From the IMG/VR virus record IMGVR_UViG_3300042569_002607, positions 9,671-73,670 of that record: DNA of 64,000 nt. The stretch is one strand, 5' to 3'. Numbering within the stretch: position 1 is the first letter of the stretch; every line of letters begins with the position of its first letter. Made by a program: the position numbers and the translations under genes. The stretch is from a virus. This document shows, piece by piece, positions 30,440-39,040 of this stretch. Under the pieces are notes generated by a model. That model was given only the letters and a program-made list of their open reading frames with translations, searched no databases and was not told the origin of the DNA.

Positions 30440-30922
30440 ATGAACGCGCCGCCGTATCCCGAACCGGTGAACGCGCCACGCGAGAAGCGACCGGATGGGT
30501 CGGTGCTGCTCCATGCAGCGCCGCCCCTGCGTCGCTTTCCCATCGCGGAAGCCCCAGGCTTCGCCGTCGAAGTCACCGATCGCCCCGAGGCGGTCTACTT
30601 GCTGGGGAAACCTGACGGCTCGGAGATCCCGGTCCCGTGCCGGCTCTGTGGCACCTGGAACCCTGCCACCATCAGTGGTCGGCACTTCTTCTACGCGTGG
30701 GAACCGGACGTCGCGCTCGAGCTCACCAGCGTGCGCCGCGTGGAGTGCCTTATCGGCCGCCTGGCGTTTCCCAGCGGCTGGGCGGCGTCGCCGTGGTTCG
30801 CGAACACGTCGCGCCGTGCCCTGCTCCGCCAGTTGAGTGCATTCACCGCGGCATTCCTCGACGAACGCCTCACGAAGTCGGTGGCACTCATGCGCGCGGT
30901 CTCACGGCAAGACGCGCGATAG
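30440..30922 (+). CDS. hypothetical protein with CxxC
   Basis: 160 aa ORF. Confidence 0.5.
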   Translation: MNAPPYPEPVNAPREKRPDGSVLLHAAPPLRRFPIAEAPGFAVEVTDRPEAVYLLGKPDGSEIPVPCRLCGTWNPATISGRHFFYAWEPDVALELTSVRRVECLIGRLAFPSGWAASPWFANTSRRALLRQLSAFTAAFLDERLTKSVALMRAVSRQDAR

Positions 30923-30969
30923 CGTCCAGACTGGCGACGCCGGCTACGTGCGTCGCCTATCTTTATCTA

Positions 30970-31206
30970 ATGTCTCAACGATCCCCGAAGAAGCTGCGCA
31001 TTGCCGATGACACGCCACTGGGGCACCTGATTGGCGCCGAACTTCTCAGACCGCGAACCGTTACCGCGCTGACTCGCACGATGTGGACCGTGGGGCAGCT
31101 TCGCGCGTGGTGGCGAGATCACGAAGCCGGATCGGCCGCGGTGCTGCCCTGGGTCGGCCCGGCGGCGATGGACGACATTCGCCGCGCCATGCGTCGGATC
31201 GCATGA
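30970..31206 (+). CDS. small protein with HhH-like C-terminus
   Basis: LPWVGPAAMDDI. Confidence 0.4.
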   Translation: MSQRSPKKLRIADDTPLGHLIGAELLRPRTVTALTRTMWTVGQLRAWWRDHEAGSAAVLPWVGPAAMDDIRRAMRRIA

Positions 31207-31308
31207 CGCCAGCCCTCCCACGTTTCCGGTCGGTCTTCGTCCGCCGCAAGTGACGCGAAGCAGCGCTCGCGGGCGCGGCGCGGGATGCGCGGCCGGTGAC
31301 TTATCGCG

Positions 31309-31337
31309 TTGACAACATAGGGGTATGCCCCTATTTT
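31309..31337 (+). promoter_or_regulatory. sigma70 promoter with palindromic operator
   Basis: TTGACA-17bp-TATTTT; ATAGGGG-tatg-CCCCTAT at 31317-31334. Confidence 0.75.
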
Positions 31338-31403
31338 TATGGTGTCGGCGCGAGTGGCGCCGGCACGAACCGCCCACTGGGGCGCTGCCCCGAGGATACC
31401 GAG

Positions 31404-32015
31404 ATGACCGCTTTCTTTGCCGCCTACACCGACGCCATGATCTGCGCCGTCGGCACGTCGCCCGCCGAGGCCATCGCGACCGCTCGCCGCGAGATGCAGG
31501 AGCCGGACGCCGAGCTGGAGACGGCGCGCATTTCCGAGACGCTGGCCGCGTACATCGCCAGCGGTCACACGCCCCGCCGCTGGGACATCGTCGGCGGCTC
31601 GCTCATCGACACGACGCACGCCGATGCCGACGCCGATTTCGTGCGGTGCGACTCCGACGCGGGCGACGGCGGGTGGTCGCTCCACGCGCCGGACAGCACG
31701 GACGAGGATATTGCCGAGGGGCTCGCGCTCGAACTGGCCAGCGGCACCGGCAAGCCCACGCGGGAGGACTACGACCTCGCCCGGGCGCAGATGGCGAGCC
31801 CGGCCCGCGCGTCGACGTGGGCGCTTCGGCGCCTCGTCGCCGCCTCCGGCCTCACGCCGACCGAGCTGTCCCGCGTGCTGGGCCGCGATGACCGCACGAT
31901 GCGCCGCTGGCTGTCGGGGGAGCAGGACGTGCCCGACACGCTGGCGCAGCAGGTCGCGCGGCTCCGCGTCACGGCGGTGGACCCGGAGTGGGTCCACCTG
32001 ACGTATCGCCGCTGA
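31404..32015 (+). CDS. acidic N-terminal domains fused to C-terminal HTH
   Basis: D/E-rich N-terminus; GLTPTELSRVLGRDDRTMRRWLSGEQDVP HTH. Confidence 0.75.
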   Translation: MTAFFAAYTDAMICAVGTSPAEAIATARREMQEPDAELETARISETLAAYIASGHTPRRWDIVGGSLIDTTHADADADFVRCDSDAGDGGWSLHAPDSTDEDIAEGLALELASGTGKPTREDYDLARAQMASPARASTWALRRLVAASGLTPTELSRVLGRDDRTMRRWLSGEQDVPDTLAQQVARLRVTAVDPEWVHLTYRR

Positions 32016-32815
32016 TGGCGCGACCGAAAGCCACGGTCCCGGACGAGCCGCTCCCGAGCGAGGACTACATCACGCTGTTCGACGGGCAGGGAGCGAGCCC
32101 GTCGCGTGGCTACATGCTCGCGATGACGATGGACGGCACGCACCGCAAGGTGTGGCACGGGGTCGCCAAGTACGGATCGTGGGCGGCGGCGCTTGCGGCC
32201 GCGCGTCAGGCGCGGGAAATCTGGCTGGCGACGCGCGACCCGCAGGATGCCGTGCCCGGCCGGGGGAAGCGGGCGCATACGCGCGGGTGTCGGTATGACG
32301 CAGTGCGGCGGCAGTGGGTCGCACGCTGGACCGATCCCATCGTGCGGCGCCTGTACTCCGTCGGCTGTGGCGACGGCGAGGCCGGCCGGGAGCGTGCCCA
32401 CGCACTGCGCGCAGAGGCCGAATCCCGGATTGCGTCGCATCGCCCGACGATGGACCTGGTGCCGCCGAGGGGACGGGCGCCGGCGATCCGGCGCCAGACG
32501 AAAGAGGCGCTGACAGAGCGGTTGGCCGATCTCCAGCGCAAGATTTGGGCGCTCAAGTCGGAGCAGCACCGGGTGCGCCTGAGCCTGCGCGCGCTTGAGG
32601 GCGACGACGGGCCAGCGCCGGCCATGCCGCAGCACGAGAGCCGCACGCTCCGCGCCGAGGTCGCGCGCATGTCGCGGGCCGGGTACAGTGTGCGCGACAT
32701 CGCGTCGCATCTCGGCATCACCGAGCGCGCGGTGTATTCGCACCGGCACAAGGCGGGGGTAGCGACGCCCAGAGCGGAAACGCCGGGCGAGCCGCAGCCG
32801 CCAGACGGGGGTTGA
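32015..32815 (+). CDS. tandem AP2-like domains plus C-terminal HTH
   Basis: KYGSWAAALAAAR and RQWVARW AP2-like segments; GYSVRDIASHLGITERAVY HTH. Confidence 0.6.
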   Translation: MARPKATVPDEPLPSEDYITLFDGQGASPSRGYMLAMTMDGTHRKVWHGVAKYGSWAAALAAARQAREIWLATRDPQDAVPGRGKRAHTRGCRYDAVRRQWVARWTDPIVRRLYSVGCGDGEAGRERAHALRAEAESRIASHRPTMDLVPPRGRAPAIRRQTKEALTERLADLQRKIWALKSEQHRVRLSLRALEGDDGPAPAMPQHESRTLRAEVARMSRAGYSVRDIASHLGITERAVYSHRHKAGVATPRAETPGEPQPPDGG

Positions 32816-32840
32816 CTAATTAGACGGTCAGTGTTATTAT
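32812..32840 (+). promoter_or_regulatory. sigma70 promoter
   Basis: TTGACT-17bp-TATTAT. Confidence 0.75.
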
Positions 32841-32911
32841 CATGATGTCGGGCGCAACGAGCGCTGACCAGTGGCGGGCCGCTGATTCGGTCCGGTAGCG
32901 CAGGAGCAACA

Positions 32912-33367
32912 ATGGAAGCTGTGTCCCTCCCCTCGTGGTGCCGCATTGTCCGGGAGACGTCGCCGGAGCTGGTGGCCGCGTTCGCCGCACGCCCGACAAT
33001 CGCCGGCCCGACGGATGCGGCCGCGTACCTCGCCCCGCGCCTCGTCGCTGAAGAGGTTGAGGTGTTTGCGGTCATGATGCTCGACGCACAGAACCGTGTC
33101 ATGGCGATGCACGAAGTCACGCGCGGGTTGGTAAACTCCTCGCTGGTCCATCCGCGTGAGGTGTTCCGGCTCGCGATTGCGGTCGGCGCGTCATCCATCA
33201 TCGTCGCGCACAATCACCCGAGCGGCGTGCTGACGCCGAGCCCGGAAGACATCGAGGTCACGCGCGCGCTCGTGGCCGCCGGCGAAGTGCTGGACATCCC
33301 CGTCCGCGATCACCTGATCATCGGCCTCAGTGGCCACCGGTCGCTGGCGTCGGACGGGTACATCTGA
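32912..33367 (+). CDS. radC: RadC-like JAB domain protein (JAB only)
   Basis: VHPREVF, AHNHPSG..TPS.ED and DHLIIG motifs. Confidence 0.92.
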   Translation: MEAVSLPSWCRIVRETSPELVAAFAARPTIAGPTDAAAYLAPRLVAEEVEVFAVMMLDAQNRVMAMHEVTRGLVNSSLVHPREVFRLAIAVGASSIIVAHNHPSGVLTPSPEDIEVTRALVAAGEVLDIPVRDHLIIGLSGHRSLASDGYI

Positions 33368-33441
33368 CGATCATCAGGCGCCGCCACAGTGGCGGCGCCC
33401 ATGCGGCTCCCCTCGCCGAATCCCTCACCGAGAGCACGATC

Positions 33442-33828
33442 ATGTCTGACGGACCTCCCATCACCTACAGCACGACGCACCCAGAGCCGAGGCGCACGGT
33501 CGATCACGCAGAGGCACCGCGTGTGCCGACTCCTGCGGCTCAGCAACGCCTGCGCGACCTCGTCAATGACCCGACGCCGAGCGGAGACACCAGGGGCTCC
33601 GCATTGCCGGCGCCGCATTCGGGGGCGCGATTTTCGCAGCGGCAGGCGGCGCGAAAGCTGCTGGCCGGACGCAGCTATCAGGCCGTGCAAGCGTGGCTGA
33701 GAGGCGAGCCCGTCCCGACCGCCACGGCCGAGTTCCTCGAGCACGACCTACAGCGCGTCGACGCGCGCCTCGAGGATCGGATGATCCGCATAGCCGAGGA
33801 CGAGATCGCGATTGTAGTGAAGCGGTAA
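33442..33828 (+). CDS. HTH protein
   Basis: FSQRQAARKLLAGRSYQAVQAWLRGEPVP. Confidence 0.6.
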   Translation: MSDGPPITYSTTHPEPRRTVDHAEAPRVPTPAAQQRLRDLVNDPTPSGDTRGSALPAPHSGARFSQRQAARKLLAGRSYQAVQAWLRGEPVPTATAEFLEHDLQRVDARLEDRMIRIAEDEIAIVVKR

Positions 33829-33926
33829 AGCGGCCAGAGTAACCTTCATAATCAGCTTTTGACGGTGGGACAAACGCCAGCGTAATTGTTGGAGAACAAC
33901 GCGTTAGCAGTTTTTACCTGTGGAGT

Positions 33927-34565
33927 ATGCAAGATTTTTGCAGAAATTCCGACATCATTTCCGAGGTGAAAGTGTCCCACGCAAAGAGCTGGTGTGAGGC
34001 GGTGCGGCAGGCGGAAGCGCTGTGGATCGACGCGATTATCGCTGCGGATGCACGACTGCCAATGGAGATTCGGCCTTTCCTGAACCTCAGCTTGGCGAAG
34101 CAGAATCTGTCGCACCTGATTCGGCGCGAGCTGATCCAGAGCGGCTTGCCCGTCGTGGCGCAGCCGTCCGGGAATTCCGATGTCGATTACTTCGTGCTGA
34201 AGGGGACGGCGGTAATCCGGGTGAAGGGCCTCAACAAGCAGGGAAGGCCGTCTAACTACGCGACAGATACCGCCCTGCAGTATCACCTTGGCGATGCGGT
34301 TGACAGCCTGCCGGATCTACCGCCGCTTCCGCGAGTCGATGTGTCGTACCATCTCGACGAGGTGCTCTTCGTGGTTCGCGCAGTGGAACTGCTCGAATGG
34401 CGAGAGAACCGCGCGGTTCGGCGCTACCAGTTGCCTGCGTTTGGGATGCCTCGGGAAATCGAGGTGGCCGAGGAGTTGCCGTTCGAAGTCGCGCCGGCGA
34501 CCATTCGCCCGAAGCGCGAGGAGATGAACCGTCGTCGTCGCGCGAGGCGCGAAGGAGAATCGTGA
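33927..34565 (+). CDS. hypothetical protein, partner of HTH-ImmA/IrrE
   Basis: Overlaps the start of the peptidase gene. Confidence 0.65.
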   Translation: MQDFCRNSDIISEVKVSHAKSWCEAVRQAEALWIDAIIAADARLPMEIRPFLNLSLAKQNLSHLIRRELIQSGLPVVAQPSGNSDVDYFVLKGTAVIRVKGLNKQGRPSNYATDTALQYHLGDAVDSLPDLPPLPRVDVSYHLDEVLFVVRAVELLEWRENRAVRRYQLPAFGMPREIEVAEELPFEVAPATIRPKREEMNRRRRARREGES

Positions 34566-35620
34566 ATAGGGTTCGGGTGAACGGGGAACTGTTGCAGCTG
34601 GCTCGCCAACGCGAAGGGCTGACGCAGACGATGCTTGCCGAGCTCAGTGGAGTTGGGAGTCCGCTGATCTCTCGCGTGGAATCGGGCCTCGTCACGCACC
34701 TGCCAGAGGAGTCCGCACGCAAGTTGGCTGACGCGACGCATGTGAGCGTGCGGTTTTTCGATAAAGACCCTACGGTGCGCCATCTCGGCTTCCATCGACT
34801 GTATCGTCTTCAGCGGAAAGTCGGCGTTCGCGCACTTGAGCGTCTTGAAAGCGAGATCAACGCACGTCGGCTTCACATAATCAGCCTGCTCAAGAAGTTC
34901 GACGTGGAACACGCGATGCCGTTGCCATCTCGCTCAGACTTTGAGGGCCTATCGCCGATGCAGGCCGCTCAGGAGATCCGCCGGATGTGGCTTGTAAAGC
35001 GCGGAGTCATCGGCCCCATCACGCCGTTACTCGAGGCGGCAGGCATTCTCGTTGTTGAGGTCGATGTTGCAGAAAAGGCATTCGAAGGACTGGCGGTTCA
35101 CGCCTTCGATGGCATTCCACTCGTTTTCGTTCGCAAGGGGCAAACCGCTGATCGGCGACGCTACACGCTCGCACATGAGCTGGCACACCTGCTGCTGCAT
35201 CAGTCGACGACAGAAGAACAGGAGAAAGAAGCCGAAGAGTTCGCGGCCGAGCTGATCATGCCCGAAGAATATGCTCGGAATCTGTTGGCAAACTTCACCA
35301 TCCAGAAGGCGCTGGAGCTCAAAGCTCGCTACCAGATATCCGTACAGTTCTGCATCATGCGCGCAGCACAACTCGAACTCATCGGAAAAGACGAGAAGAC
35401 GAGGCTGTTCAAGTATGTGTCCATGAAAGGCTGGCGGACCGAGGAACCGTATGCGATGCCTCCGGAACGACCGACCATCCTCAGTGACATTCTACGTTCA
35501 GTCATCAAGCAACTCGCCTATACGGTTGAAGAGCTCGCAGACGAGTTCGGCGAAACTCCAGATCGAGTGCGTGATTACTTCTTCACGGAAGATCAACCCA
35601 ATCGCCTCCGCTTGGTGTGA
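34562..35620 (+). CDS. XRE HTH fused to ImmA/IrrE (M78) metallopeptidase
   Basis: LARQREGLTQ..LA HTH; RRYTLAHELAH; EAEEFAAELIMP. Confidence 0.92.
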   Translation: MNRVRVNGELLQLARQREGLTQTMLAELSGVGSPLISRVESGLVTHLPEESARKLADATHVSVRFFDKDPTVRHLGFHRLYRLQRKVGVRALERLESEINARRLHIISLLKKFDVEHAMPLPSRSDFEGLSPMQAAQEIRRMWLVKRGVIGPITPLLEAAGILVVEVDVAEKAFEGLAVHAFDGIPLVFVRKGQTADRRRYTLAHELAHLLLHQSTTEEQEKEAEEFAAELIMPEEYARNLLANFTIQKALELKARYQISVQFCIMRAAQLELIGKDEKTRLFKYVSMKGWRTEEPYAMPPERPTILSDILRSVIKQLAYTVEELADEFGETPDRVRDYFFTEDQPNRLRLV

Positions 35621-35631
35621 GCCAAGAATCG

Positions 35632-35659
35632 AACGCCCCACCGTCACCGGTGGGGCGTT
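35632..35659. terminator. hairpin between convergent genes
   Basis: 12-bp perfect stem AACGCCCCACCG/CGGTGGGGCGTT. Confidence 0.7.
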
Positions 35660-35664
35660 TGCAT

Positions 35665-36141
35665 TCACGGCTCTGGCTGCTTTGCGGCGAACGTTTTAGC
35701 AACTAGCGCGTGGGTTCGAAAGACACACGTAATTTGAAAGGCCATGCGAGAAGACATTGTGCCGTACGATTTGAACTGTTTGGGTATCGAGAGTTGCCCG
35801 ATCAGGGCCTTTACATCATCGAATGAGTGGATCGAAATCGTGTGGGCGAACTTGTTCCGGATTTTGAAGATGGTCCTGAGCTCTTGATGCTCATCGTCAT
35901 CAATCAATCCAAAGGCGTGTGCGACCGTGAGATGCCGTGAAACTTGTTCTTCACACAGCGATCTAGCGGACGCGTTAGGCCTCGTGCTTGCGGCGATCAA
36001 TCGCGCAAGCTGATCCTCAATCTGGCCGGCCAGCAGAATGGCCACCTCGCGATCGCTAAGAACGTTCCACGCATTGAAGCGGGTGTTCATTTCGGCGACC
36101 TGCTCAAGCAAGTCCCTTTCTTTCGAAGGCACCTCAGTCAT
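35665..36141 (-). CDS. MtlR-like / HEPN-fold protein
   Basis: SDREVAIL...IED.L..LI; FGLID; KIRNKFAH (Rx4H). Confidence 0.7.
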   Translation of the reverse strand: MTEVPSKERDLLEQVAEMNTRFNAWNVLSDREVAILLAGQIEDQLARLIAASTRPNASARSLCEEQVSRHLTVAHAFGLIDDDEHQELRTIFKIRNKFAHTISIHSFDDVKALIGQLSIPKQFKSYGTMSSRMAFQITCVFRTHALVAKTFAAKQPEP

Positions 36142-36449
36142 AGCGGCGCCCACCTCGTCACCGCCCCAATCCACTTCCGCCCCGTCCCGCTGTCGTCATT
36201 CCACGTGACGATCACCTTGCACGCCCACGGCCCGGGACCCTGCAGGATGCGCAGCGCCGTCCGTTCGCCACGGCCGAGCGACGCGGGGAGCTCTCCGGCG
36301 AGCAGCTCCGAGACGTCGTCGCCGTTGTGCTCGAGTGTGCACCGCAGCTGCACCGCAGTGTCATCACCAGTGTTCTCGATCACCAGCTGGCGACGGTGTC
36401 CGGCTCCATCGGGGCGCGCGGAGAGGGCGGCGGATTTGCCGAAGGGCAT
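36138..36449 (-). CDS. hypothetical protein
   Basis: Coupled to neighbours. Confidence 0.5.
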   Translation of the reverse strand: MPFGKSAALSARPDGAGHRRQLVIENTGDDTAVQLRCTLEHNGDDVSELLAGELPASLGRGERTALRILQGPGPWACKVIVTWNDDSGTGRKWIGAVTRWAPL

Positions 36450-36451
36450 GG

Positions 36452-36700
36452 CTAGCGGATGTGCACGGTCTCAACCCAACCACAGTGGCGATTGGGACAC
36501 GTAACCACTGCTGACCGTAGCCCGACCGGTACAAGCGATCCGCGGGGGGCCGCGATCGCCTCCCATGTTGTCTCACAGCTCTCGCACTCGACGGTGGCAC
36601 TCAGAATGGGACCGGTCAAAGGACGGGAGCCCATCGGTGATCGGCTGATCAGATTCGACGCGATCTGTTTGAAGCGCACGTTTCGAAGATTAAAGGCCAT
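36452..36700 (-). CDS. Zn-ribbon protein
   Basis: CESC and CPNRHC; GGAG RBS. Confidence 0.55.
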   Translation of the reverse strand: MAFNLRNVRFKQIASNLISRSPMGSRPLTGPILSATVECESCETTWEAIAAPRGSLVPVGLRSAVVTCPNRHCGWVETVHIR

Positions 36701-36761
36701 TGCCGCTCCTGATATCGAGAAGGTGTTTCACGTGCATTCCGCGCATGGACGTTTCGGGGGG

Positions 36762-37154
36762 TTAGCGACCTAGGCATTTTGTCCGGTACTGATTAAACCG
36801 AGCTTCGGCCGACGTCCCCGCCGCGCCTTTTTCCGTGATGACATCACCGCGACGGCCAGCGAATGATTCAAATCCGGTATAGGCGCCGAAGGAGTTTCGC
36901 GCGTTGAACTCGCCGCACACATAGAACACGGAATCAGACTCGGCCGACACGATGCCTTGCCATTGCACGGAACTCGGGTCCTTCATGCGACTTGCGAGTT
37001 CGTCTTTGACCATCTGTTCGGCCACCGGCTGCCGGTAGCGCTCGCGCGTTTCCTCCTCGCTGGGCCCCAGCGCACAGAATCCGGCGACCAGGAGAAGCAC
37101 GACGAGGATCGTCCCCCCGCATCCGACTTGAAACGCCTTTCCAACAGTTGACAC
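36762..37154 (-). CDS. membrane-anchored protein (possible superinfection exclusion)
   Basis: AGGAGG RBS, TM helix, KDPSS...VCGEFNARNSFGAYTG motif. Confidence 0.65.
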   Translation of the reverse strand: MSTVGKAFQVGCGGTILVVLLLVAGFCALGPSEEETRERYRQPVAEQMVKDELASRMKDPSSVQWQGIVSAESDSVFYVCGEFNARNSFGAYTGFESFAGRRGDVITEKGAAGTSAEARFNQYRTKCLGR

Positions 37155-37268
37155 AGTCTCCCTCCTTCGAATGGGTAACTTCCCACAGATTTCCACACCG
37201 TCGCGAGCTTGCCGCGTCCCACAATTGCGGCTGTCAGATCAGCCCGCCATACTCCGGCAACCCCAAAA

Positions 37269-37595
37269 ATGCCCCGAATGGTGAAGCCGTCCGCGACCTG
37301 CTATTTCCGTCTTGAGCGCCCAATGCGCTTCCCCATCGCCGGCGAGGCTGGGGACTTCTTGGCCGTGATGCCGCCGGCCTTCCGTGAGAACCTCTGGATG
37401 CTGCAGGCGGAGTCGCTGTGGGTCATTCGCCGCCGCGCGTTTGAGGAAGGGAAGCTGTGGTCCATGCTGAACGACAAGGTCGACGATGGCACACTCACTT
37501 TGCTGCACGCTCCTGGTCGTCGGTTTTTAGGTCATCTGGTCGAATCTGGGCAGCTGTCGACTGCTCAAGCGCTTCGGGTGTTACGGGCGGGGTAG
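37269..37595 (+). CDS. hypothetical protein
   Basis: ORF convergent with and overlapping the repressor 3' end. Confidence 0.45.
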   Translation: MPRMVKPSATCYFRLERPMRFPIAGEAGDFLAVMPPAFRENLWMLQAESLWVIRRRAFEEGKLWSMLNDKVDDGTLTLLHAPGRRFLGHLVESGQLSTAQALRVLRAG

Positions 37596-37947
37596 CCTTT
37601 CGCTCGCCAGAGGCGTCGACCGGCGCGCGCATCGACTCTGCGATGGACGCGAGGCGCGCCGCGAGATCAACCGCGTATCCACGCGCTTCCTCGACACGCC
37701 CACGCCAGTAGTCGAGACTCTCAGAGCCCGTGACCAACAGCGCGTTCACCAGCGTTCCCGGCTCGAGCTCGTACGCTCGCTCTACGACGGACAAGGTTTC
37801 GTCCTCAAGTGGCAGACCACCGGTTTCCCAGTTGTACACCGTTTGTCGCGTCTTCCCGGACGCTCTGACAATGTCCGGAATGCTCTTGCCAGACTGTATG
37901 CGCGTCGACTGAAGAAAATGGCCGGCTCGCTGTCGGAGTAGTGTCAA
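37495..37947 (-). CDS. CI-like HTH repressor (start uncertain)
   Basis: SGKSIPDIVRASGKTRQTVYNWETG HTH; divergent from cro-like gene; no S24 domain seen. Confidence 0.7.
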   Translation of the reverse strand: MTLLRQRAGHFLQSTRIQSGKSIPDIVRASGKTRQTVYNWETGGLPLEDETLSVVERAYELEPGTLVNALLVTGSESLDYWRGRVEEARGYAVDLAARLASIAESMRAPVDASGERKATPPVTPEALEQSTAAQIRPDDLKTDDQERAAK

Positions 37948-37991
37948 ATTTATACTTGACAGTTGACAATGCACGGCTGTACACTTGTAAA
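37942..37991. promoter_or_regulatory. immunity switch promoter/operator region
   Basis: TGTCAA-N8-TTGACA palindrome, second TTGACA at 37963, TACACT at 37980, AT-rich. Confidence 0.7.
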
Positions 37992-38036
37992 GCGCCTGTT
38001 TAACAGGTGGATGCCAGTCGCTTTACATGAGGATGT

Positions 38037-38318
38037 ATGCCCCGACACCAGTCTCCCGCCAAGCGCGCGACCGGAAAGAAGAAGCGGTCTCTCCCATGGA
38101 GTGGACCCATTCCGCTTGGTCCCATGTCGCTCCGGCTTGCCGCCAAGATCATTGGCGGCGTGAACTCCTATGGAGTGATGCGGTTGATCGCCGAAGGAGA
38201 ATTGAGCGGCCAGAAGGTGCACAACACCGCCGGTGGCCATGCCCTCCAGGTTTTGGGGGAGTCGGTGGCCGCCTACGTGGCCAGGCGTGAGGCCGCGCCG
38301 CAGCGCGGTATCGCGTGA
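38037..38318 (+). CDS. Cro/excisionase-like DNA-binding protein
   Basis: MSLRLAAKIIG...VMRLIAEGEL (Xis/MerR-like HTH); GAGG RBS. Confidence 0.6.
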   Translation: MPRHQSPAKRATGKKKRSLPWSGPIPLGPMSLRLAAKIIGGVNSYGVMRLIAEGELSGQKVHNTAGGHALQVLGESVAAYVARREAAPQRGIA

Positions 38319-38320
38319 TC

Positions 38321-38797
38321 TCACGTCTTTCGTCCCCGTTCGCTGGCGCGGATGGCGCGCAGCGTCCTCCCGCTGATCTCCACACCATCCGGTGTGGTCT
38401 CCGGCCGCAGCAGGCAATCGGCCGGGATCTCGGGCGGCACGGCGCCAGAGAGGCGGCCATACGTCACCCAGCCGGGATCGACGGTCAGCCCGAAGTCCAC
38501 GCGAGCCCACTGCACCAGCGCCATGATCAGATCGGGGGTCCAGCGCCGATGCGAGCGCACCAGCCGCGAAACGGTCGTGTACGACTGGATGCTCTGCGAG
38601 TCGACGTAGGCATTGAGCCCTTCGGCGACCACCGGATGGCTCAGGTGCGGGGTCTCGCGCGGCAAGTCGGCCCGCTGATCCAGCAACGACAAGACCAATC
38701 GGGCGCGGTTCGCCATCGCCAACTGCAGCGGGCTGGAGCTCCGCAGCGATTCGGAGGCGCCGTACTTCTTTCCGGACGGGCGGGATGTCGTAGCCAT
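38321..38797 (-). CDS. HTH-like protein
   Basis: IQSYTTVSRL...VDPGWVTYG XRE-like pattern. Confidence 0.5.
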   Translation of the reverse strand: MATTSRPSGKKYGASESLRSSSPLQLAMANRARLVLSLLDQRADLPRETPHLSHPVVAEGLNAYVDSQSIQSYTTVSRLVRSHRRWTPDLIMALVQWARVDFGLTVDPGWVTYGRLSGAVPPEIPADCLLRPETTPDGVEISGRTLRAIRASERGRKT

Positions 38798-39012
38798 GGG
38801 CAAACGCTCGGGACGTGTGGTGGTAGTCAGCTCCTACGCGGTACCCCTTCGCTCCGCACGATCAACGCCGGGACGATAGCGCACGGCCCCGGGTTGCGAT
38901 CTCCGCAAGGAGTTCGCCGCGCATGGACGTTTCAGCAGGGGCTGACGAGCGGAATATGTCGCGCGGGTGCGCAATCCGACAGGCGGAACGCCGCGCGGAT
39001 GCGCCAACGCAA

Positions 39013-39040
39013 AGCGGCAGGAGCCGAGGCCCCTGCCGCT
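39013..39040 (-). terminator. putative terminator hairpin
   Basis: AGCGGCAGG/CCTGCCGCT stem with a short A-run on its left. Confidence 0.45.

Noticed and set aside
36724-36739. parS-like TGTTTCACGTG
   Set aside because: Only 12/16 match with a broken right arm; the ParB here lacks an evident HTH
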